Notes: generated from the letters alone by a model not told the origin. A stretch of 64,000 bases of DNA from an uncultured Gemmatimonadales bacterium (GCA_963850905.1 CAWKMU010000003.1:544001-608000), one strand, 5' to 3'; shown: positions 1 through 9,648, counted from the stretch's first letter. Numbers and translations: made by a program.

Positions 1-88
1 TGAAGCGCAGCTCACTGAGACAGTCGCCGCGGCTTACGGTCTGGACCTCGATGCGCTCCATCCGCTCCTGAGCTGGAGCGGCACATGA
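1..88 (+). CDS. C-terminal end of a gene entering the window; probable N6-adenine DNA methyltransferase / type IIG-like R-M protein
   Basis: Frame 2..88 reads EAQLTETVAAAYGLDLDALHPLLSWSGT*. 'VAAAYGL' resembles the C-terminal helix of Eco57I/MmeI-like MTases. Stop overlaps the helicase ATG (ATGA). Only 28 aa visible. Confidence 0.45.
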   Translation, partial: EAQLTETVAAAYGLDLDALHPLLSWSGT

Positions 89-2460
89 CGGTTCGATTGG
101 CACCGCTGGACACCGTGCGCGCAGCCATCGCCGACTGCTGCCTCGGCTCGGCCGCGGAAGTATCCCAATCCGGTTGCTGCCATTCATCGCCGCAGATCGG
201 GTCGGTGACGTTGCGCCCGCACCAAGCCGACGGGCTCGAACAGCTGACGGGTTTGATCGACACTCATGGCGGAGCGGTCCTCGCCGACGCGGTCGGCATG
301 GGGAAGACGTACGTCGCGCTCGCGGTCGCGAGACGCGCAGGCGACGTGCTCGTCGTGTGTCCCGCGATCTTGCGCGACGCATGGCATCGCTCCGCCCGCG
401 ACACCGGCGTGACGATCAGGACCGTTTCCATGGAGCAATTGAGCCGCGAGCGCGGCGAGGCCGCGTGCGGGAATCGACGACCGGATCTCGTCGTCGTCGA
501 CGAAGCGCACCATTTCCGCAACCCGCACACACGACGCTATCACGCACTCGCCCGCGCAACGACGAGCGCACGCGTCCTCCTGCTGACCGCGACACCCGTT
601 CACAACCGCACGGAAGATTTGGCGTGCATCTTGAGCCTCTTCCTCGGCGCGCACGCGTGGACGCTCACGGATGACCAACGCTCGCGCTACGTCGTGCGCC
701 GCGGCCACGACGCGGCCCGCTCGCCAGCACCTGCACGATCCCTACAGACACCCGAACCGCACCGACATCGCTCGCCGGACTCGCCCCTGTCGGTGCCGCG
801 CGTCATCGGACCGCACATCGTCCGCATCGATGACGACGCCGAGACACTGCAGGCGCTGGTGGCGCTGCCCCCGCCGGTCCCGCCGCGCGACGGCGAGTGT
901 GCCGACGCATTGACCGCGATGGGGCTCATCCGCCAGTGGGCCTCGAGCGCCGGCGCGCTCCGCTCGGCCCTCCGGCGACGATTGGACCGGGCCGCGGCAC
1001 TCGAGGCGTCGCTCGAACAAGGCGCGTATCCGTCCTATCGCGCGCTCCGCGAGTGGTGTGTCGGCGAGGGAACCATCCAGCTCGCGCTGCCGGACCTCCT
1101 CACGCCGGCGCCGCCGGGCGAATCGGAGCAGGGACGTGCCGCGAGCCGTCCACCCGATATACCCATGCTCCTGTCGGCCGTGCGCGAGCACGCCGGCGCA
1201 GTGCGTCAGCTCTTGCGTCGACTGAGCGACGCGCCCGATCTCGACGCGGGTCGCGCCGACCACCTGCAGGCGATCATGCGCGCGCATCCGCACGCGAGGG
1301 TCGTCGGATTTTCCAGCTTCGAAGACACGGTGCACGCGTTGTTCCGCCAATTGCGCACTGAAGCGGCGATCTGCGCGCTCAGCGCCCGCGGCGGTGTGAT
1401 CGCCAGCGGGAGGTTGCGACGGGCCGAGGTCCTGCGACAGTTCGCGCCCGGCTCGGCGGAGCGCGTCGCGCGCGCGGAGCGGATCCAGCTGCTCTTGACC
1501 ACGGACCTGCTGAGCGAGGGCGTCGACCTGCAGGCCGCCGCAGTCGTCGTGCATCTCGACCTGCCGTGGACGCCGGCCCGCCTCGAGCAACGCATCGGGC
1601 GCATTGCGCGTTTGGGCTCGCCGCACGACTCCGTACACGTGTATGCCTTTGCGCCGCCTGCGGCCAGCGAAGCGCTGCTGCAGGTCGAACAGCGGCTGCA
1701 GGCGAAGCTGGACGCTGCCGGACGAGCGGTCGGCATCGTCGGCTCGATCGTGCCGCAGATATCCGCGTCGTGGGGCCGGGCCCGGGGCGATGGACCGCAG
1801 GTGGGCCCGCCTGAGCATCTGGCGACGGTCCGTGCGATCATCTCGACTTGGCGACGATCGTCCAGCGACGCTCCGCCGGCGCCCGACGAGACGCTCTGGG
1901 CGGCGGTGACAGGCCCCGCCCGTGGCTTCCTGGCGGCATGTGTCGTGGATGCCCGGCCCCTGCTTGTGGCCTCGGCCGGCACCGGCGTGTCGGACGCGCC
2001 GGCCGCCGTCGCCGCCGTCGCCGCCGTCGCCGCCGCTACACAATCTGCGAACTGTGCGCGCGTTGCCACGGACGCGATGGCGTGCCACAACGCGATCGGC
2101 GCGATCCGGGCATGGTGGTCCGAGCGGTGCGCCACCGAGGATGTCGGGCTCTCGACCGTTGCAGACGTCGCGTCGCGGCATCGCGTGCTCCGTCGCATTG
2201 CGGCGATCTCGCGGCGTTCGCCGCTGCACGCCCGCCCTTCGATCCTCGCGCTTGGCGAGCGCGCCCGTCGGGCGGCCACCGCACCCTTCGGTGCGGGAGC
2301 GGAATGGGTGCTCGATCAACTCGCTGGCGCCGCCTTACCCGACGCCCAGTGGCTTCGCGCCGTGGCCGCCTTTGGTGACGCCCACGCCCTCCGCGGGAGT
2401 CACACCCTCTCAGGCAGAGCGATCGTCGTGAGGGCACTCATCGTGTGCGGTGCATCGTGA
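85..2460 (+). CDS. SF2 (SNF2-like) DExH helicase
   Basis: Motifs LRPHQ, LADAVGMGKT, VVVDEAH, LTATP, TTDLLSEGVDLQ, DLPWTP, EQRIGRIAR. Confidence 0.9.
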   Translation: MTVRLAPLDTVRAAIADCCLGSAAEVSQSGCCHSSPQIGSVTLRPHQADGLEQLTGLIDTHGGAVLADAVGMGKTYVALAVARRAGDVLVVCPAILRDAWHRSARDTGVTIRTVSMEQLSRERGEAACGNRRPDLVVVDEAHHFRNPHTRRYHALARATTSARVLLLTATPVHNRTEDLACILSLFLGAHAWTLTDDQRSRYVVRRGHDAARSPAPARSLQTPEPHRHRSPDSPLSVPRVIGPHIVRIDDDAETLQALVALPPPVPPRDGECADALTAMGLIRQWASSAGALRSALRRRLDRAAALEASLEQGAYPSYRALREWCVGEGTIQLALPDLLTPAPPGESEQGRAASRPPDIPMLLSAVREHAGAVRQLLRRLSDAPDLDAGRADHLQAIMRAHPHARVVGFSSFEDTVHALFRQLRTEAAICALSARGGVIASGRLRRAEVLRQFAPGSAERVARAERIQLLLTTDLLSEGVDLQAAAVVVHLDLPWTPARLEQRIGRIARLGSPHDSVHVYAFAPPAASEALLQVEQRLQAKLDAAGRAVGIVGSIVPQISASWGRARGDGPQVGPPEHLATVRAIISTWRRSSSDAPPAPDETLWAAVTGPARGFLAACVVDARPLLVASAGTGVSDAPAAVAAVAAVAAATQSANCARVATDAMACHNAIGAIRAWWSERCATEDVGLSTVADVASRHRVLRRIAAISRRSPLHARPSILALGERARRAATAPFGAGAEWVLDQLAGAALPDAQWLRAVAAFGDAHALRGSHTLSGRAIVVRALIVCGAS

Positions 2461-2675
2461 AACGTGAGAAGCGCCGAAAGGCAGACCATGCCGCAATGCC
2501 CGTTGGCGGCGGGTAAGGGCGACGCCATGCGTCACCCTCCATCCCGCACCGGATGCCCCGGCGTCGACGTGGGTGGCCTACCGGCAGAGAAACGTGAGGA
2601 ACGCCGAAAGGCGGAACATGCCCCGATGTCCGTTGGCGGCGGGTAGGGGCGACGCAATGCGTCGCCCTCCATCCC
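2459..2675 (+). repeat. Two ~87-bp diverged direct repeats (2459-2545, 2589-2675; period 130 bp), each ending in a GTAG-type REP hairpin
   Basis: gaaacgtgag..cgccgaaaggc..cgttggcggcgggta(a/g)gggcgacgc..tgcgtc(a/g)ccctccatccc occurs twice. Confidence 0.9.
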
Positions 2676-3214
2676 TAAAAATGCATTGCGCCGACTGGAA
2701 AGCCCCGCCGGCGGCAGAGTTGGGCGAAGGCAGTAGGCAGCCACGGACTGTAGTGCAACGGACGTCGCCGCAGGTCATGGGCGAGCGTGTGGAGGGGCAT
2801 CCAGCACCAGTCCTCGACCTCGTGAGGGTCGGGCGCCGGCGGCTCGTCGCTCTGGCCCCAGAACAAGTGGTCGTATTCGTGCTCGATCAGCCCCTGTCCG
2901 ACTGGCAGCCGATACAGGAAGGCGCCGGCGAAGTGCAAAGGACAGTCGATCCCCATCTCCTGACGGAGACGCCGCGATGCAGCGGTGATGGGACTCTCGC
3001 CCGCCTGTGGGTGCCCGCAGGCAGTGTTCGACCACGCGCCACCACAGTGGTACTTCCTCGCGGCACGCCGTTGGAGCAGCAACTCCCCCGCTGTGTTGAA
3101 GACGAAGGCCGACACCGCGCGGTGCAGAAGACCGAGCACGTGTGCGCGCACCTTCTCCTCTACGCCGATCTCCCGATCGTGTCGGTCCACCAGCACAACG
3201 TGTGGTGCCGTCAT
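2675..3214 (-). CDS. idi: Isopentenyl-diphosphate delta-isomerase (type 1)
   Basis: MTAPHVVLVD..GLLHRAVSAFVFN..LLLQRRA..KYH..WSNTACGHP..EHEYDHLF..EVEDWCW. Confidence 0.92.
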   Translation of the reverse strand: MTAPHVVLVDRHDREIGVEEKVRAHVLGLLHRAVSAFVFNTAGELLLQRRAARKYHCGGAWSNTACGHPQAGESPITAASRRLRQEMGIDCPLHFAGAFLYRLPVGQGLIEHEYDHLFWGQSDEPPAPDPHEVEDWCWMPLHTLAHDLRRRPLHYSPWLPTAFAQLCRRRGFPVGAMHF

Positions 3215-3296
3215 CGGTTGAGCCCGAGAAAGAGGGGTCGCGTGTAGCCAGTCGACAGGGGCGAGACGCCGCTCAGCACCGCCATCCGGACAATAA

Positions 3297-3312
3297 GGCA
3301 CCAGGCGTGCCA
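3297..3312 (-). promoter_or_regulatory. Putative sigma54 (-24/-12) promoter upstream of idi
   Basis: Minus strand TGGCACGcctggTGCc has GG-N10-GC spacing; TGACA/TGTC repeats at 3382-3420 could be activator sites. Confidence 0.55.
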
Positions 3313-3510
3313 GTGCGCTGTGCCCGCTCTGTGGCGCCCGGGAAGACCTTGGGCAATATGGCAGATGAGGGACGCTCTCCCCCTGTCGATGTGATGGGTG
3401 TCAGCGTCAAGATTGTCAGGGCGGTTCTGCGCGCTTCTGCCCCATCGAACGAGTAGTGGCCGCTCATCCGTCCGAATCCCGAACGCCGAACCCCCAACCC
3501 CTGTGCATTT

Positions 3511-5208
3511 ATGTGGTGCCGACGATCGATAGCGGCAGTGGTCCTGGCGTCTGCAACGACGGCAGGCGGCACGAGCAAGCGGATCCCTCCGGCCCTGCGT
3601 GAGCACGCGCGACCGACCAACGCCAGCGACACCATTTACGATGTCGTCATTCGGGGCGGGCACGTGCTCGATGGCGCCGGCAACCCGTGGATCGCCGCGG
3701 ACGTCGCCATTCGCGATGGCCGTTTCGCGCGCATTGGCGAGATCAAGGAGCACGGCCGCGTCGAGATCGATGCGCATGGGAAATACGTCTCCCCCGGATG
3801 GATCGACATGATGGATCAGTCGGGCGGAGCCCTACTGCAAAACGGCAAGGCTGAGACGAAGCTACAGGAAGGCGTCACGACGGCGATCGCGGGCGAGGAT
3901 AGCCCGCCGACCCGCATCGACTCGCTCGCCGCCTACTTCCACCGCCTCGAGCGACAGGGGATCAGCGTCAACTTCGGCACCTACGTGAGCGAGGCCCAGC
4001 TCCGAATGGCCCTCCTCGGGGAAGTGGCTCGTGACCCGACTGCCGCAGAGCTGGACTCGATGCGCGCGCTCATGGCGACGGCCATGCAGCAGGGCGCGCT
4101 CGGGATGACGACGGCACTGATCTACCCGCCGATGAGCTACACCAAGACTCCAGAGCTGATCGCGCTCGCCACCGTCGCGGGACGCTACGGCGGGATGTAC
4201 GCGAGCCACATCCGGGGAGAAGGGAAAGAGGTGCTCGACGCGATCCGCGAAGCGATCGAGATCGGGCGCGAAGCGCACCTCCCCGTTGAGGTCTACCATC
4301 TCAAGGTCGCGTACGCGCCGGCGTGGGGAGTCCTCATGCCCAAGGTCGGCGTACTGATTGACTCCGCGCGCCGCGCGGGCCTCGAGGTCTCAGCCGACAT
4401 GTATGTCTATACCGCCGGCGGCACGGGGCTCGACGCGGTCGTTCCCGCATGGGCACACGAGGGCGGCGCGGATTCCCTGCGCGCGCGCCTGGCCAACCCG
4501 AAGATCCGGGCACGCCTCGCGCACGAGATCATCACGGGATCACCTGGGTGGTGGAACATCGTCGAGACCGCTGGCGGCTGGGATCACATCGTGCTCGCCG
4601 ACGCCCGCAACCCCGCGAACGCACGTTTCGATGGCCAGTCGATCACCGCCATCGCGCGCGCCTGGCACAAGACGCCAACAGACGCCGCGTTCGATCTCGT
4701 CGCCCAGGGGCGCGGGAGGACGACGGCGCTCTACTTCATGATGAGCGAAGGCGACATCGAGACTGCGTTGCGCTTCCCGTGGACCGGCATCGGCAGCGAT
4801 GCAGGCGCGGCTGTGCATCCCGGAGTGCTGGACACGCTCGACCTGCCGCACCCCCGCGCCTACGGCAACTTCCCCCGCGTCATCGCGCACTACGTTCGCG
4901 AGCGCCACACGCTCACGTTGCCCGAAGCGGTCCGCAAAATGACTTCGTGGCCCGCGACCCGCATGCGGCTGGCCGACCGCGGCGTCATCCGGGAAGGCAG
5001 CTGGGCAGACGTCACCATATTCGACTACGACAGCCTCGAGGATCGGGCCACGTACGCCCACCCATACCTCGCCCCGAGCGGCATCGATTACGTCCTCGTC
5101 AACGGGACCGTCGTGATCGACCACGGCAAGCACACCGGTGCCCGTCCGGGCAAAGTGCTGTGGGGCCCCGGAACGGTTCGCGAAGCCCGAATTGCATCGA
5201 AGGGCTAG
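3511..5208 (+). CDS. N-acyl-D-amino-acid deacylase family amidohydrolase, possibly exported
   Basis: YDVVIRGGHVLDGAGNP, SPGWID, YASHIRGE, GSDAG, HPRAYGNFPRVI, AVRKMTSWPA, TGARPG. Confidence 0.88.
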   Translation: MWCRRSIAAVVLASATTAGGTSKRIPPALREHARPTNASDTIYDVVIRGGHVLDGAGNPWIAADVAIRDGRFARIGEIKEHGRVEIDAHGKYVSPGWIDMMDQSGGALLQNGKAETKLQEGVTTAIAGEDSPPTRIDSLAAYFHRLERQGISVNFGTYVSEAQLRMALLGEVARDPTAAELDSMRALMATAMQQGALGMTTALIYPPMSYTKTPELIALATVAGRYGGMYASHIRGEGKEVLDAIREAIEIGREAHLPVEVYHLKVAYAPAWGVLMPKVGVLIDSARRAGLEVSADMYVYTAGGTGLDAVVPAWAHEGGADSLRARLANPKIRARLAHEIITGSPGWWNIVETAGGWDHIVLADARNPANARFDGQSITAIARAWHKTPTDAAFDLVAQGRGRTTALYFMMSEGDIETALRFPWTGIGSDAGAAVHPGVLDTLDLPHPRAYGNFPRVIAHYVRERHTLTLPEAVRKMTSWPATRMRLADRGVIREGSWADVTIFDYDSLEDRATYAHPYLAPSGIDYVLVNGTVVIDHGKHTGARPGKVLWGPGTVREARIASKG

Positions 5209-5213
5209 ACGTT

Positions 5214-5882
5214 TTGTCCAGTCCGATCCTCTTCGACTTGGACGGCACCCTCGTCGACTCGATCGAGTTGATCCTGCAATCGATGGAGCAGGCGTTCGCG
5301 GAGCGCCCCGAGCTCAAGCCGACGCGAGCCGAGTGGATCACCGGAATCGGCACGCCGCTCGTGACGCAATTCCGATCCTATGTCGAGGATGAGACCGAGG
5401 TGAGTCGACTCCTGCGGCGATACCGGACCTACCAGAACGCCAACCACGACCGACTGACTGCGTGTTATACGGGCGTGCTCGATGCGGTGCACCGGTTGTC
5501 GCTGCGCGGCCATCCGCTGGCGATCGTCACCTCCAAGCCCAGCGAGCTCGCCCGACGGTCGATTGCCCACGTCGGTCTCGCCCCGTATTTCCCCGTGATC
5601 GTCGGCGTCGAATCCACTCCACGGAACAAGCCCCACCCCGAACCCGTCCGATTTGCCCTCGAGCAACTCGACGCGAGTACCGACGGCGCGTTCTTCGTGG
5701 GCGACTCCCCCCACGACATCGCCGCCGGCAACGCCGCCGGGGTCTCGACGGTCGCGGCGCTCTGGGGAGCCTTTACCCGCGAGGCCCTCGAACAAGCCCG
5801 CCCACGGTATGTCCTCGACCGCATCGGTGGGCTCGATGCCATTGTTGGCGGAAACCACGACGAGCTGGCCAAAGACCGGTAG
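5214..5882 (+). CDS. HAD-IA family hydrolase (PpaX/phosphoglycolate phosphatase-like)
   Basis: ILFDLDGTLVDS, VTSK, KPHPEP, FVGDSPHDI; TTG start at 5214 assumed. Confidence 0.9.
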   Translation: MSSPILFDLDGTLVDSIELILQSMEQAFAERPELKPTRAEWITGIGTPLVTQFRSYVEDETEVSRLLRRYRTYQNANHDRLTACYTGVLDAVHRLSLRGHPLAIVTSKPSELARRSIAHVGLAPYFPVIVGVESTPRNKPHPEPVRFALEQLDASTDGAFFVGDSPHDIAAGNAAGVSTVAALWGAFTREALEQARPRYVLDRIGGLDAIVGGNHDELAKDR

Positions 5883-6037
5883 GGGCGACGCCCTCTCCTC
5901 TCTCCTTTCCGCGTCTCTCCTTTCTCGGGCGCAAAGCGCCCGCCCCGCCCCGCCGTTCGGTCTTTAGCCGTTGTCCTTTCAAACGTTCCGCCCCTTTCCG
6001 ATATCTGATATCGTGAGACCTGTGACCCTATTTGCGA

Positions 6038-6667
6038 ATGCCCGTGGCGCCTCCTGAGGCTGAATCGCAGGACGAACGGGCCGCGAACCGGCAAGCCGAT
6101 GCGGGCGCCGCGGCGCGGGGCGTTGTCGACGCCGGTATGGCGGCCGACATCGCGCTCGCCGCAGCGGGGGACCGGCGTGCATTCGAGCGGGTGTACCGGG
6201 CGCATGTGGACCGGGTGTATTCGGTGTGCGTGCGCATGACAGCGGATCGAGCAATGGCAGAGGAACTGACACAAGACACGTTTGTGCGGGCATGGGAGAA
6301 GCTCAGCCTGTTTCGGGGCGAAAGCAGCTTCGCGACCTGGGTGCACCGGCTGGCAGTCAACGTCGTACTCAACGCACGCAAGGCGGACAGCCGGATGCGT
6401 CGCCACGTCCCCGTCAGCACGGACGAGCGTGAGGACGAGACCGGGGCGGAGGCGCCGACACCCATCGCCTTTGCACCGGGGGAGTGGATGGACATCGAGC
6501 AGGCAATTGCCCGCCTCCCACCCGGCGCACGACGAGTGTTCGTGCTGCACGACGTCGAGGGCTATCGACACGAAGAGATCGGCGAGATGCTCGGCATTAC
6601 CGCAGGTGGTAGCAAGGCTCAGCTGCACCGGGCCCGCATGCTCCTTCGAGAGGCACTCAACCGATGA
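6038..6667 (+). CDS. ECF RNA polymerase sigma factor (sigma24 family)
   Basis: GDRRAFERVY, AEELTQDTFVRAWEKL, FRGESSFATWVHRLAVN, region 4 LHDVEGYRHEEIGEMLG..SKAQLHRAR. Confidence 0.92.
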   Translation: MPVAPPEAESQDERAANRQADAGAAARGVVDAGMAADIALAAAGDRRAFERVYRAHVDRVYSVCVRMTADRAMAEELTQDTFVRAWEKLSLFRGESSFATWVHRLAVNVVLNARKADSRMRRHVPVSTDEREDETGAEAPTPIAFAPGEWMDIEQAIARLPPGARRVFVLHDVEGYRHEEIGEMLGITAGGSKAQLHRARMLLREALNR

Positions 6668-7435
6668 TGATTCGGCGGGACGACACTGGACGGGAGACGC
6701 CAGTCGACGGCTGTGAAACGTTCGAGGCGACCCTCCCCGATTATCTGGACGACACGCTGGCACCGGACGTGGCTCGCGAGGCGGCAGCACACGTCGCAGC
6801 GTGCGCGACCTGCCGCGAGCTCGTGCACGACCTGCGAGGGATCCGCGCGGAAGCGCGCGCACTCCCGGTCCTCCGCCCGTCGCGCGATCTCTGGCAGGGC
6901 ATCGAGGCGCGGATCGCATCACGCTCGGCCGCTTCGTCCGAATGCGCCGGTTGCCCAGACCGCAGCGCGCTCGGGTACTGCGCGCATCACCGCAATGCGA
7001 CGCTGGTTCGGACCGCAGTACGCCGCGCAAGTCTCGGCCCTGGCCGCCGGACTCGTTATCGCCACCGCTGGCATCACGTACATGGCGACGCGCGCACTGG
7101 TGCAGCATTCGAACGGATCGAGTGTGATCGCTGTCGATAGCTCACCTGTCGGCGTTGGCTCGGCGCGATCCGTCGCGCAGACCTCGGAGTACATCTACGA
7201 CACGCAGATCACGTCGCTGCACCAGATTCTCGAGCAGCGGCGTGCGCGGTTGGATCCGAAGACGGTGGCCGTGATCGAACACAACCTCGCCGTGATCGAT
7301 ACCGCCATCGCACAAAGCAAGCAGGCATTGAAGCACGACCCGGCCAACGGGTTCCTGGCCGATCAGTTGGACCGAGACCTCAATACCAAGCTCGAGCTGC
7401 TGCGGACCGTCGCGCTGCTTCCGAGCCGTACTTAA
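6664..7435 (+). CDS. zf-HC2 anti-sigma factor (apparent frameshift near 6930)
   Basis: N-terminal HxxxCxxC (HVAACATC) in ORF 6664-7140; TM helix and helical C-terminus continue in ORF 6713-7435. Confidence 0.8.
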
Positions 7436-7446
7436 CCGCACGCGAG

Positions 7447-8442
7447 ATGCTGCGAGAAACCATGACACGACGCTCAGTAACGCTCACGCTCTTCTGCCTG
7501 ATCACGCTGGCCGCCTTGCCAGCTGGTGCCCAGCGGTCGGACGAATCGACTCCTGACAGGCACCGGCACATGGTAGATGGCGACAATGACGACCAGCCGG
7601 CGATCGACACCACCGTTCCCTTCGCCAACTCCGGCGGGGTCGTCGATCTGAGCATCGTCTCCGGAGAGATCACCGTCACCGGCTGGAGCCGGTCCGAGGC
7701 TCGCATCCACGTGACGAGCGACGACGACGAGATGCCGGTGCATTTCGAGCACGGACCCGATCGCATCCTGCTGGACGCTCGGCGCGGCGGTCATCGGCAC
7801 CACAATGACAGTGACGTGCAGTACGACCTCACCGTACCGATCGGCACCCGAATCATCATGCACAGCACGTCCGGCGACTTGCATGCCCGCGGCACGCACG
7901 GAGAGGTCGAGGCGCGGTCGATCAGCGGCGACGTCGTAGTCGACGACGCAACACATGGTGCCACGCTGGAAAGCGTCTCCGGCAACGTCCAGGCCCGGAC
8001 CATCACGGGCGACGTGCGGGCCCGATCGGTCAGTGGTGATGTCGACCTGGATGACGTGACAGGCGACATCACGCTGTCCTCGGTGAGCGGGCACGGGTAC
8101 GTCACAGCGAGTCGCTCTCGCGTTGCGCGACTCGAATCCGTCAGCGGGGACCTCTCGTACGGCGGCTCGCTGGACCCCACAGGGACGTACGACTTCCGGG
8201 CACACTCCGGCAATATCAACCTCCAGCTCCCAGCCGATGTGGGCGCGTCGCTCTCTGTCGACACCTTCAGTGGCGACATCGAGACGGACTTCCCGCTCAC
8301 GATTCAACCCAGTGGCGATAACGGCCCTCCTCGACACCACGTCGATACGACGTTGGGACGCGGTGGCGCGCACGTAACCATCTCCACCTTCAGCGGCGAC
8401 ATCGAGCTCCGACGCTCGGGCGCCCGCTCTCACTCGGGGTAA
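7447..8442 (+). CDS. Secreted DUF4097 family beta-strand repeat (adhesin-like) protein
   Basis: Signal peptide; repeated SVSGDV / TFSGDI units. Confidence 0.82.
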   Translation: MLRETMTRRSVTLTLFCLITLAALPAGAQRSDESTPDRHRHMVDGDNDDQPAIDTTVPFANSGGVVDLSIVSGEITVTGWSRSEARIHVTSDDDEMPVHFEHGPDRILLDARRGGHRHHNDSDVQYDLTVPIGTRIIMHSTSGDLHARGTHGEVEARSISGDVVVDDATHGATLESVSGNVQARTITGDVRARSVSGDVDLDDVTGDITLSSVSGHGYVTASRSRVARLESVSGDLSYGGSLDPTGTYDFRAHSGNINLQLPADVGASLSVDTFSGDIETDFPLTIQPSGDNGPPRHHVDTTLGRGGAHVTISTFSGDIELRRSGARSHSG

Positions 8443-8446
8443 GACC

Positions 8447-9397
8447 ATGATGATCCGCGCACAGACAGAGCGGGCATGGCACAGGGCCGGGGAAGACCAG
8501 GCAAGGCACATGGCGAGACGTTCACGAACGGTGACCGCGGGGATCTGGGGGGCAGCCCTCCTCGTGACGAGCGCAGGGTGGGGCCTCGCAGGGCCGACAC
8601 GCCTGGCATGGGCCACGCCCGCACGCGCGCTCGCACGACTCGCGCGCGCCGACACGACGACGGATTTTCGCTGGTCGGGCCACGTCGATGCGGACCGGTG
8701 GGTCCGCATTCGCGATCTATCGGGATCGGTGCGTGTCGAGCGCGCGACGGGCAACGACGTCCAGATCACCGGCCACAAGTCCTGGCGACATGACGACGAG
8801 GACCGCGTTCGGTTCGTCCTGCAGCGCACCGGCGCTGGCGAAGGCGACGTCCTCGTGTGCGCCCTGTGGGATGATGTTAGCCACTGCGACGAACATGGAT
8901 ACGATTCGCACTCGCATCACCACGGATGGCACGACAACGACAACGACGTCAAGGTCGACTTCACCGTGCTCGTGCCAGCTGGCATCAAGGTGCTCGCCTC
9001 GACCGTGAACGGCGATGTCGAGGTGAGCGGCACGACTCGCGACGTGGATGCGTCCAGCGTCAACGGTCGCGTCGATGCAACCTCGGATGGCGGTCCGGTC
9101 GAAGCGAGCAGTGTGAACGGGAGTGTGGAGGCTTCAATGCAGCAGTTGAACAACGCGGCGCGCCTCGACTACTCCTCGGTCAACGGCTCCGTGCACGTCT
9201 CCCTGCCGGCCAGTCTCAAGGCCGATGTCGAGCTCTCGACCGTCAATGGCTCAGTGCGCTCCGACTTTCCGATTTCCGTGGAAGGCTCGCTCGAGCCGCG
9301 GCACCTCCGTGGGACCATCGGCGGCGGCGGGATCCCGCTCCGGATCGACACCGTGAACGGCAGCATCGAACTGCGGAAGAGTGGAGCGGCAGGGTAG
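8447..9397 (+). CDS. DUF4097 family beta-strand repeat protein (second paralog)
   Basis: Repeated STVNGDV / SSVNGSV units; hydrophobic N-terminus. Confidence 0.82.
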   Translation: MMIRAQTERAWHRAGEDQARHMARRSRTVTAGIWGAALLVTSAGWGLAGPTRLAWATPARALARLARADTTTDFRWSGHVDADRWVRIRDLSGSVRVERATGNDVQITGHKSWRHDDEDRVRFVLQRTGAGEGDVLVCALWDDVSHCDEHGYDSHSHHHGWHDNDNDVKVDFTVLVPAGIKVLASTVNGDVEVSGTTRDVDASSVNGRVDATSDGGPVEASSVNGSVEASMQQLNNAARLDYSSVNGSVHVSLPASLKADVELSTVNGSVRSDFPISVEGSLEPRHLRGTIGGGGIPLRIDTVNGSIELRKSGAAG

Positions 9398-9423
9398 GGG
9401 TAGGGACTGGACGTTCGAGGGCT

Positions 9424-9648
9424 GGGTGACGGGTGACGGGTGACGGGTGACGGGTGACGGGTGACGGGTGACGGGTGACGGGTGACGGGTGACACGCAGA
9501 TACTGACCAACGACCAAACCGAAAGGCCGATCGCAGCGCACCGCGACCGGCCTTGGACCGGTAGGGGCGACGCCTTGCGTCGCCCGCCGTTGCCGTCGTA
9601 TTTGGCGGTTGTTGTTCCCCGTCACCCGTAACCCATCACCCGTTACCC
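9424..9648 (+). repeat. Composite REP element: (GGGTGAC)x10 arm, accessory hairpin, GTAG REP (9561-9585), inverted (GTCACCC-like)x4 arm
   Basis: Ten perfect heptamers at 9424-9493; gtcaccc gtaaccc atcaccc gttaccc at 9621-9648; core 9538-9619 matches 31139-31220 at 81/82 nt. Confidence 0.92.

Noticed and set aside
2459..2675. Possible mini-CRISPR array
   Set aside because: Only two long (~87 bp) diverged units containing REP hairpins; no repeat-spacer series and no cas genes.
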